DNA of 64,000 bases from Octopus sinensis (taxonomy: Eukaryota): the NCBI RefSeq assembly GCF_006345805.1, contig NC_043003.1, positions 41,788,001 to 41,852,000 of the forward strand. Reading direction: 5' to 3'. Numbering within the stretch: position 1 is the first letter of the stretch; each line of letters begins with the position of its first letter. The notes beneath the pieces are model-generated. The model worked only from the letters and a program-made list of their open reading frames with translations, searched no databases and had not been told where the DNA came from. Shown here in pieces: positions 53,488 through 64,000 of the stretch. The position numbers and the translations under genes are program-made.

Positions 53488-54110
53488 TTCTTATTCTTCT
53501 TTTTCTTCTACCTCCTCCTCCTCTCCCTTATCTCCTCCTTCGCCTTCTCCTCTTCATTCTCTTCCACATCATCACCATCAACGAAATCGTCGTTGTCGTC
53601 GTTGTCATCATCATCATCGTAATCGTCATCGTAATCGTCATCATCACCATCATCATCATCATCATCATCATCATCGTCGTCGTCATTATCATCATCATCA
53701 TCATCATCGTCGTCGTCGTCATCATCATCATCATCATCATCATTATAATCATCCTAAATTCCTCATGCAAGTCATCTTCGTCGCCGATGCCCTCGTCGTT
53801 ATTACTTCCATCAGCATTACCGTAATTCAACAGATATTTCTTTCCAATCAACTACTGTCGAATAAAAATAGAACTAAAATGGATATGTAGCAGGTGTGTT
53901 AACGTCCCTATGTTCTGCTATCACAGCCACTATCATCACCACTCCCGTCACTATCATAGACAGTACCGTGTTCAATGTCACCGACATTTTCTATACAACC
54001 TCCAATATTACCACGACCACTACCAGCATCACCACTTCTGCCGCCGCCACCTCTACTACATCGCAATGACAAGTGTGTCGTGTCAAAGACACCCTTACGA
54101 GGTTAGCAGC
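53142..54110. repeat. Degenerate trinucleotide repeat region (CAT/CTT/CCT/CGT)
   Basis: Read directly. It generates homopolymeric ORFs. Confidence 0.9.
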
Positions 54111-54239
54111 TAATTTCTAACAACACAATTGTTTGATGTAAAACAGAAGACAAGTTAATTAATTGGATAACAGATTTCAAACACATTCAACAACACAGTC
54201 AGGAAAAATGCACATAGGTATGTTCTTTCTCACCAACAT

Positions 54240-54240
54240 G

Positions 54241-54331
<91 letters not shown>

Positions 54332-54381
54332 TATATATGTATGTATGTATATATATATAATATATATATATATAATATATA

Positions 54382-54415
<34 letters not shown>

Positions 54416-54641
54416 CATGTATGTGTGTATGCATGTATATATGTACGTATGTATGTATACGTGCGTGTGTGTACCATCACACTGTCGAGAACACAAACAC
54501 TTTTCCACTCTCTTGTATGTACGTAATCAGAAACCCCCACAAAAATATGCATGTATCTTTCACACAAATGACATATACATGCATACGTACATACATACAC
54601 ACACACACACACATATATATATACACATACATATATATATA

Positions 54642-54719
<78 letters not shown>

Positions 54720-54720
54720 A
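54240..54720. repeat. (TA)n/(TATG)n/(CA)n microsatellites
   Basis: Read directly. Confidence 0.95.
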
Positions 54721-57700
54721 TACACCTGTAGCTATGCATACTTATGCACACATGTATACTGAGGAAACATGGGTACATCTACGCTCCTAACATAGTAACA
54801 CTATAGATATAATATCTAATTTATACATATAGATCAACATGTTGTGCTAATGAGACTGGAGATAAGACAAATTGTCGTATAACCCGGATGTTAAGAAAAG
54901 ATAATCACTTGAAACAGTTACATCCCCAATATATTAGACTTACATGAAAATAACGAGAAGCTATTTCTGGCTTTAAGAAATAAAAATATGAGACTTGTGC
55001 TCTTTGTAACATGTCATTTTGTCTTATGTTTTCGTTAAATATCCTCAGGACAGCATAGAATGTTCTTTTCAATTAACTGTTGGATTTACTGATTTCGATT
55101 CCATCAGTTCTTAATGTATATTAATTGTTATGTATTGTTACTTTAGCAAGCCAAAGCATTAAAGTAATCGAGAGATTGTCAGCTTCAAGGCTTTGCTTTA
55201 TTGATTTGGGCATTGTCCATAGTAAGTTCAGAGCACGAGAAGGTCATGCAAGATTTTTCAACGCTTAGCAGTTGATAAATAAACTAATATTCTAGCACCA
55301 ACCCGAAACTGATAGGTGTCACCGTATTTTAATGACATACCTACTTAATTCCATCAAGTGTTCATCGCTCAGGGCACAATTTCCGAGTGTTTGAACTATA
55401 GAATAACTGGCGGAAGGAACGTAGAATGCGCATTTGTGGAGGGTGCCTTTTAATGTAATTGAAACTATATTAGTAGAATTTAAATGTCTGGCATTTCATT
55501 TTTAATTAATAAATAGTTTAATAGTATATGACAAAAAGGCGAAGAGTTGACATAATCGTTAACACGTGGGACAAAATGCTTATGTTTAACATCATTTCGT
55601 CAGTCCTTGCGCTCTGAGAGCAAATTCTGCTTAGATCGACTTTGCCATTCATCCCTCATGGTCGATAGATTAAGTACCAGTTGAGCACCGAAACTGCTGT
55701 CCTTGTGCCAAAATGTGATGCCAATAATATATATGCCACTATAACTCGTATATTTTAGTATACCGACAGGATTGAACACTAATCGAATACATGTCTTTAC
55801 AGATAAATAAACGTATCTGAAATGTAACATGAAAGTAAATCAACTGATTTTCCTAAAATATCGATCCCACTCATTCTAGTTAAAATCTTTGTACTTGAAT
55901 CATTCATTATGATATTTTTGTTGCGCGCATATAATGTGACATCTACTGGAAAACGAGGCAATCCATTTCAGTATACATAGTAATAATTATACTAGCAAAC
56001 CGCGAATCCAATGACGGTGCAGTTGTTAGGTTGGTTTTCGTTGTATTTCTAGCAGAATACTTTAGATTGCATTAATTCGTTTCGCCGAAACTTAGTGCCA
56101 GATTATTAGAGAATATTACATTCATTAGACTGGAGTTGTATCCCAAGGAATTTATGTCTCGTATCGGCTTTACCACGTTAAACAATACCTAAGCATACCT
56201 TGGCCGTTAAATTCTCATCGGGTCTTATAAAACATTTACATTCTACGTACAAACTGAAATATTACATTTTAGACCTAGTATTGTAGATAGGTTTTCCCGT
56301 TGTGTGCGAGTTTTATTTGCAATTTTACGACCACCGTTCCCGCTTCTTCGTTTCTTGTCATAGATGAATAATTAAATATTATAACAGTCTTCATCGCATG
56401 ATTTATCCACTGACACTGTAATAATCTAGCGTTTCAGCATAAATATAAAGGGAATTGGACAATTTAGTGAGGAAGATAAAATATCGAAGCTGTAGAAGAC
56501 AGAAGAATAATGGCTCTTGTCAGAATATACAATAAGTACAGTATGTTAGAAATGATAAAGAATATTCTAGCACAAAAAAGTTATCCGCACGTACTGAAAT
56601 CAATGAACATTATGACAGATTCTTAACAATTTTCGGGTATATTTATTTTATCGAACCTAAAAGATTGAAAATCAGACTGAGGCCGAATATTTTCTTATCA
56701 AATTTGTATATATTTCAACATATAAAATAAGTAAGTATGTGTGTATGTGTGTATGTGTGTGTGTATACTTATGTACAAACACACATATATATATCGATAC
56801 ATTTATACATGTATATATAAGTTTACATCATATATTAAATAGTGTCACACACGTATAAATTTATTGTAATTGATCTGTTGTGAAAGATGAGGTTCTGAAC
56901 CGCGTCTCGAAGTAATCATGAAACCTATAGGATGTAAATGTTAGATGAATAAAATCAAAATGATGACAGCATATATAGAAACAACGAGAAATCTTCAGAA
57001 CACTTATCTGCCCGATTAAAGTGTTTAATGCAGGGTAGGAATGTAAGGGTAGCAACAATATGGCTGATGAGAAAAGGGGAAATAAATGGGTTACCTATAA
57101 CCGAAAAGAGGTAAGATACCAACCATTTCCAAGCAACAAAGTTAATTGTTAAAAAGTTAGAAGAGGCACAATGAGAATAGAGTACACCTGTTTACCAAAT
57201 GATAGAGGGTGGTGGTGAGCTGATATTACTCAGAATACATTGTTCTACTCTGATAGTCATTAAAATTCCAGTTACAAATGTGCCATAATTCTGAATATAC
57301 CGTTTGAACAATTTATATATTTGACGACAGTTAATAACATTTATCCAAAAATGAAATGTCAGCCAGATGCTGTAGACATATTAAACAAGGAAACAGAAAA
57401 TAACGGAGTTTATAATAAGGAACGTAGACAAATGCATGTATATCAAATAACATACAATATGAATTCTTGATGAAAACCATGATACATCATCAGACAAACA
57501 CAAAACAATTAATAATTCAAAACTTCTGTAATATAGTAGTTGTTATTCTTGTATTTGTCTATGTTGTACAAATACATAAAATACATGCCACCGACCAATG
57601 TGTTGATACTCAGAGATAATTTTTGTTTATAAAAATGAATATCTGTACAATGGTACGAGGCTACTATGTAAGCTATGGCGTATGGTGTCTGATTTAGTGC

Positions 57701-57778
57701 TCTCTTTTATATGAATAATAGTAGTACATTATTTACAATATTTACATTTGACGGATATCTGTCATCTTGTTTGTTGTT

Positions 57779-57824
57779 AACACAACGTTTCGGCTGATAT
57801 ACCCTCCAGACTTCATCAGGTGTC
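57779..57824 (-). ncRNA. Minimal type I hammerhead (Penelope-type, no loop III)
   Basis: GACAC CTGATGA A G(T)CTG-GAGGGTATAT-CAG(C)C GAAAC GTT GTGTT. Palindromic AACGTT replaces stem III. Confidence 0.7.
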
Positions 57825-57867
57825 TTGGTGAAATTTCAAACGTAAGGTATTTTTCGATGTGTCTGTA

Positions 57868-57923
<56 letters not shown>

Positions 57924-57925
<2 letters not shown>

Positions 57926-57996
57926 TCACTGCTTGGAATCGAACTCTGTATCTTGGGGTTAGTAGCCCGAGCACTTAACCACTACGCCATATGCCC
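57924..57996 (-). other. tRNA-like sequence (73 nt) with Pol III A/B boxes; not a functional tRNA
   Basis: TGGCGTAGTGG (A box), GTTCGATTCC (B box), loop CTACTAA. The acceptor stem is mismatched. Confidence 0.75.
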
Positions 57997-58277
57997 GTGA
58001 ATTTTAGGGCTTATAAATCTGTGTCCTAGCATATGTGCTGCTTCTTTTAGTTTTCGTATTTTCCAATGGTGTTCTCTGTCTATTAGTTTAAGTTAAAATA
58101 ATAGGGAACACCACTGGAAAATACGAAAAGTAAAAGAAGCAGCACATATGCAAGGACATAACAACCTCCTAAGCAGACCGAGTATAGAAATGAACAGCAT
58201 ATGGGAACCGGTATTAAGGAAGGATAGAAATATTTATTACATTTATAAGCTCTAAAATTCACTCCATTATTGCCCAC

Positions 58278-58350
58278 GGGCATATGGCGTAGTGGTTAAG
58301 AGCGTGGGCTACTAACTCCAAGATTCCGAGTTCTATTCCAAGCAGTGATC
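58278..58350 (+). other. tRNA-like sequence (73 nt), second copy
   Basis: Inverted homolog of 57924-57996 with B box GTTCTATTCC. Confidence 0.7.
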
Positions 58351-61300
58351 TGAATAATAATGAGATGAGGACAAATATCCGTAAAATGTAAATAATGTAC
58401 CTAATTACTCATCTCATAAATATAGAACTGGACTAATAGTAGTTTTTCAAGAACATTCTTGTTACTTACTACGATAGGAAAATATTGAATAACGCTTTAA
58501 CCTTTTTTTTTCTCGAATGAAAATAGATTCAAAGTGTGTGTATAGTTACATTACCAGGTCTACAGTTACGATTCTTTGCCCTAGGTATCGAGAAGACACT
58601 CGGCAAGAAATAGGAACAAAATTGAAAGAAGAAAATCCAGTAATAATGGTGATGATGATGAGGAGGAGGACGGTGATCTGCACAAGAAATGAAAGCAAAA
58701 ATACTGAAATATTTTCGGCCAATAAATAACATATTTAAGTGTGTCATGGCTTCTCTATTATACATAAGCCACTTATCCAACACGCATGAGCATTATGAAT
58801 GATACGTATACAAACATATTCCAGTAAAGCTGTGACGATCGAAAATATTTTTTTTTATGAAACAATAACTTTCAAAACTTGAAAAAAGACAACATTAGGT
58901 AGAATAACAACTGAAAATAATGCAAAACATATGCCTCCACAATGAAACTTGACCTACCAAAAAATCAATGAAAATATCACAAGAGAGTAAGGTTTCTGCT
59001 ATAAGGTAGAACACAAAGCAAAACGAAAAAATAGGAAATCAAATACAAAAATAAACAGTGAAGAAAATAACTGGCATTCAAAGAGGTGTTGGTTGGAAAT
59101 ACCAATAGACACACTAAAGAAAGGCACGCTGAGTATATACCCTCCAATACACACCGCGCAGCAATAAAAGAACTGTCATGATAGAGCAGCTTGATTTAAC
59201 AGGGAGAAGGATATATCAATAAATAGACAAGAGAACATTTCAACATCACTGAACAGGAATCAGCTTTCACACCTGCCGCAGCAAAAAATGAACAAGCAAT
59301 TTTAGGAACGGATAAATAAATGTAATAGAGCTTTGCCATATACATCGTTCATGGCAATAAACTCCGCGAATTCCGACATATTGAATGATCCGATTTAATC
59401 TGTAGCAGTTGCAGTATCGAGGGAAACCGAGTTTGATTCCAATAGAGTTAAATCCGCGACCAAGCCCCAGCAGAAACATGAAGAATATAAAAAAAATCAC
59501 TTATCATGTTTTTACTTAGCGAAATAGAGAAAGTTGGGGATCTAATAAATGAACAAAAGGGACCAAAATAATAGACAAATACAACCTCAATAAAAACGAA
59601 GAGATTTTGGACGCATAAGAAGAGGTCAAACAAAGAAAAGCAGCAAAAGCATGTAAAATGAGATGCTTTGAAAAAACGCAAAGCCTTTTCCCAGGAGATT
59701 AAAGTATTTCAATCAAATACGAGATCAAACTGACATATTCATTATAAAAGAAAAAACCCAACTCACATCCAAAGCAGAACACTAGCGAAACTGCAAAAGC
59801 TCAATACAATACAGTAGATCAAAATGGAAGAAAGGAAAAAGGAAATAGCAAGGGGAAACATGACCGTGCATAACCAGTAGCTCATCAACAGACTGAATGG
59901 AATTGGAAATCACCTGGGAGGGACAGGGTCACCTAATTCTAACTGAAACACTACACTTGACACAAGGACATACGGCTTCATTATTATAGAGTCCTAAGTA
60001 ACATTTTTTTTTCTTTTGCAACATAGACATGGAGAGAACGGGGATGACGTTCATCCTTTATCTTATTCAAGGACTCCCAAACTGGAGAGTTTTGAAGAAG
60101 AGGAAGCTGCGCAACAACATAAAACCTGGCATAAACGTTGCAGCAGGGTGAGTGCTATGTATCTATTCTACATGAATATTTTAGAGCAACACTGCAAAAA
60201 AGAAACTACGACGATTCAACTCGTATAAATTTGAAAATTAGCAGGAGACTAAAAGTAAACCTGGAATACAATAGACTAGGTAACTTAGAAAGCTACATTC
60301 CCAATGCATTCAAAACATGATAAATGAAGTATACATACACAACTAATGTATTTCGGGCCAATAACCAAATTTAACTCAGTCTGTACCATGTACAGAGCAC
60401 CTACAAATCACTGACAAGGATAAACTGAACCTAAAATGTTTTTAAAAAGTGAAACATGAAAAGATGTAAGAATTTCAATTTCAAATGACAGAAATCGTGA
60501 AAAACGTGAATAACGTAGAAACGTGTTTTATGCCTTTTTTTCAGTAATTATGCCACCCTAGACATCTCACGGTTCGCAGACACAAACATTGATGTCACCA
60601 GTCTAAACACAATAGCTTTTGCACAGGGCCCTGTAAAACCAAAACAGTACTTTATTTCTCAGATGAACTCATGTAGGTATATCGAAAAACAACCAAGTAA
60701 CATGGCAAAAGCACATGGAGTTAACATGGGAACAAAAAAGAAAAAATACCTTAATCAGTGAAAGTATCGATAAAAAAATGATAGCGCGGTTAAAAATGAA
60801 AGAAATATTACAGAAATGTAACTCAACAAAAAATTAAAGGGTGCCTGAATTGAAACAAAGTTTAATCTCTGCTATAGCACAAATGATTTGAGAAGAACCC
60901 GAAAGTATTTGGTCAAGATATTGATGACAAAGAATAAGCCCTGGAGTAAAGGCAGTGCTACGGCATGGTAGCAGTAAAATGACTGAAACAAATAAAATAA
61001 TTAAAGAAAAGAATGAAGAAACCTTGAATAATCCAAAATAAAATCTCCAATATTATTTTAGAACACAGAATATGAAATTAGATCATGAAAGGTTTCAACT
61101 AAATAAACGACTATGATGAATTTCACTGAAAGTCTGGAATTGATGATAACATTGTTAAGAACAAAATATTTAAAACAGTAAGTTTTAGGAAGTGATACAC
61201 TTGATTAAACATGTCTGCGGAAGAATGAATAGAAACTTTTGACTTCTATAGCATTTGAACTGAGAACATAAAAACAGGGAATCTAAAGATGCTGCACTTT

Positions 61301-61814
61301 TGCTATCAACTCAATAGAGATTCTTCTCATCGATCCGCATCCTTTGTAAAATAAATAAAACAAGTACCATCAGCAGAATATTACAGGCTATATTTCTCCA
61401 CGTCTGAACATTTGGTATTACATAATAAGATTTAAAGAAACACGTGGAGGTCAGTACTAAATCATGTACTTGGGATATTTATGTGGAAGCCGTGCGATAA
61501 TCTATTTGTCAAATATCCAATAACACAAGTGATAATCAAGACCTGTAATTCCTGAAAGCAGGCGGTAGCTATAACGAATTTGAATATCTATGACGAAAGA
61601 AAGTACAACAGAACATACACATTTTCAGACATTTATGTACGTGTACAACGTACGTTAGGCACCGACATACACAAAAACAAAACAAAGCCAAAGACATGCA
61701 CACATTTGCATACCTACATGCACACATGCAGAACTGCCGATGTGATTCTTCACTACATAATATGCATATACGTGCAACTGGAGATATAAAGATATATATA
61801 TATGAGTTACAGAA

Positions 61815-61819
<5 letters not shown>

Positions 61820-61851
<32 letters not shown>

Positions 61852-62027
61852 TATATATATATATACATGCATACGTGTGTGTATGTGCGCCATGTGTGTG
61901 TGTGAGTGTGTATCATATATATATATACATATATATATATTATATATATATATATATGTATGTTATATCTATCTATCTATCTATCTCTCTCTATATATAT
62001 ACACACACACGCACACACACACACACG

Positions 62028-62060
<33 letters not shown>

Positions 62061-62188
62061 GTATATATATATATATATATATTCAGGGTGGGCCAAAAGC
62101 CGAAGTGAAAAAAAATGGTAGTTGATGCAACAGCTGAGCTGAAGCTTCCAGATTGCGTCCTACATATCGCGCCTGTCACCAGGTATTA

Positions 62189-62220
<32 letters not shown>

Positions 62221-62400
62221 TCCTCTCTCTCTTTCTCTCTCTCGTGCACACACACACACATGCACACACGCATGCATGCACGCACACATACACACACACT
62301 CAAACATAAACACAGACACACACACACAGAGACGTATATGTAATATATACGAATACGCATGTATATATATATATGTAGATATATACATATATGGATGGAG
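61820..62400. repeat. Compound CA/TA/CT microsatellites with a short Tc1-like TIR fragment (CAGGGTGGGCCAAAAG, about 62084)
   Basis: Read directly. Confidence 0.85.
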
Positions 62401-63282
62401 ATATAACGTCCATAAATTACCACGCGGCATAGTTATAGCTAACGTTACAATTGCTTTCTTAGCGCAACACGTGCATCGATATGATGCATGTAGGTATACA
62501 TGCGCGTATACCTTGTAGCTCAGGCATTAATTTTCCATTCATCTTCTTTGGAGCATTGGTACGTAAACGCAAGAAGGCGGCAAGTAAATTATTCAAGAGT
62601 ATGCACGCATACACACACATATATATGCATGAATTAGATATTTCTCTCTCACAAATAATACGAGGTATGAAATTTGGGCGGGGGCATTACTTTGCATTTT
62701 TGAATTACAAATTAGTGTATAAACCAAGATCAAAAACATGTATCCTTTCATTCTCTCGCTCGCTCGCTCGCATTCTCAGATTTTCGAATTCATTCTCATT
62801 GTATTTGTGACCGTGACGTATGTTTATGTGTGTTTATGCTTAGTAGAAGGTATATTTATGTTAGGTATATTTATACAACGATGAGAGAGTCAGACCCTCT
62901 TCCAACGAAGTATCACATTTCTACTCAGGTATCTCATACTCAAATACGCTCGTTATACCAACAAAATCTCTGGAGTGATGAAATAGTAGTAACACATGCC
63001 TCACACAGCATCTAGTAAGAACAAGTTCTGTAAGAAAGTGAAATTGGAAATCTATGCATGATATGAAGTCAGAGATGTTTTTTTTTGTTTTTACATTATA
63101 CTTTTAGTATATTTTTCTGCAAGGAACGTGTCGACAGTGGCTGTCAGCTAAATATCATTTCTATCATTCTCTTAAATTAGGAAAGAGTCCACTAGTGTGT
63201 GTGTGTATATATATATATGGGGGGGTGCGTGTGTGTGTGTGCGTGTGTGTGTGCGTGCGTGTGTGTGTGTGTATTTTGTATA

Positions 63283-63343
<61 letters not shown>

Positions 63344-63361
63344 CACATACATATTTATATA

Positions 63362-63600
63362 CGAGGTCTGATCAGTAAGTATCACCACTGTTGATATATT
63401 AACGAAGCTAGACCACTTAGATTAAAATCGCTTGGCACAAATTGACCTTGAACTCTGCTGTGCATGCGCAAGTTGTAACTACATAACTCTCTGCTGCCGC
63501 CAACAACAGTGCTTGGAAGTAATATGTGTAGCAAGTGATCGTCGCATTGACCATGACAGAGAAAATTGTCATGGTAATACCTGCTCGGAGGCCTGCGCAA
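63362..63600 (+). mobile_element. Mariner 5' end fragment
   Basis: TA-CGAGGTCTGATCAGTAAGTATC is a TIR-like start, followed by a deleted MTEKI..GNTCSEA transposase start. Confidence 0.6.
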
Positions 63601-64000
63601 ACGACTATAAAATTAAATTGAGAATTAACAAACGGCTAGGGACACATGCCATACGCCCACTACTCAATTCAGACTTACAACACAAATTCACTGCGACGCA
63701 TTTTTTGTCTTCGAAAGACCGTGCTCTTCTTAACATTATCCCCCAAAACAAAGCGAATAAGGAAATGATCCGATCCCCTTCAAACAAAACCTGAGTAAAT
63801 TTCTTCGAAGGTAAAAGATAGGTCACCCATATGTATATACCTCTCTATCAATAACAACCCCATCCTTCAATGGGCCACGATACCTCAAAACATGAATTAA
63901 AATAACTTTAACAGATAATTTGAGGAGATGCTATAGAGTTAGATATCGCCTGGGACACTCTTTGGCCGAAACAGTCTGCAAAAATACATTTTCAAATGGC

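Larger units (their letters stand above)
57700..58430. mobile_element. Penelope-like element 3' end in head-to-head inverted arrangement
   Basis: Arms diverge from about 58090. The right arm encodes EHHWKIRKVKEAAHM..EMNSIWEPVL (a GIY-YIG C-terminal pattern). Both arms carry a tRNA-like module, and the left arm also has (TAA)n and a minimal HHR. Confidence 0.8.

Noticed and set aside
53142-53851. 227-aa and 107-aa ORFs of poly-I/L/M
   Set aside because: Trinucleotide repeat decay, not protein.
57924-58350. Functional tRNA-Ser(ACT) genes
   Set aside because: Acceptor and T stems are mismatched, the anticodon is atypical, and both copies are embedded in a retroelement end.
58850-60700. Purine-rich region suggestive of an old LINE ORF2
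   Set aside because: The QG- and FAD-like words are too far apart and not in a consistent frame, so no reliable motif set was found.

Overview
AT-rich, microsatellite-dense eukaryotic DNA. The repeat families look cephalopod (Octopus-like), which is my inference from recall and not from a database search. I found no confident host gene, only one weak candidate exon (13756-13882, minus). Most ORFs in the supplied track are microsatellite artefacts. Mobile elements: a near-full-length CR1-clade LINE (about 22883-27596, minus), a complete but dead mariner with TIRs (6671-7940), further mariner, maT and pogo relics, RTE and CR1 fragments, and three tRNA-derived SINE families. The main unexplained signal is a set of type I hammerhead ribozyme (HHR) folds in several unrelated repeat families. 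The most striking is a 491-bp non-coding unit present as about 2.4 tandem copies plus one inverted copy (15679-17391), with an HHR in each full unit, which resembles a retrozyme. Further HHR folds sit next to Penelope-like GIY-YIG relics, one of them downstream of a tRNA-like module. Several of these insertions share a head-to-head foldback geometry and usually abut (TA)n or other simple repeats. The CR1 ORF1 has an unusual Myb/SANT-like + polyQ + tandem CCCH architecture. Repeat boundaries were read by eye and are approximate (about +/-20 bp) unless TIRs or stems are quoted.
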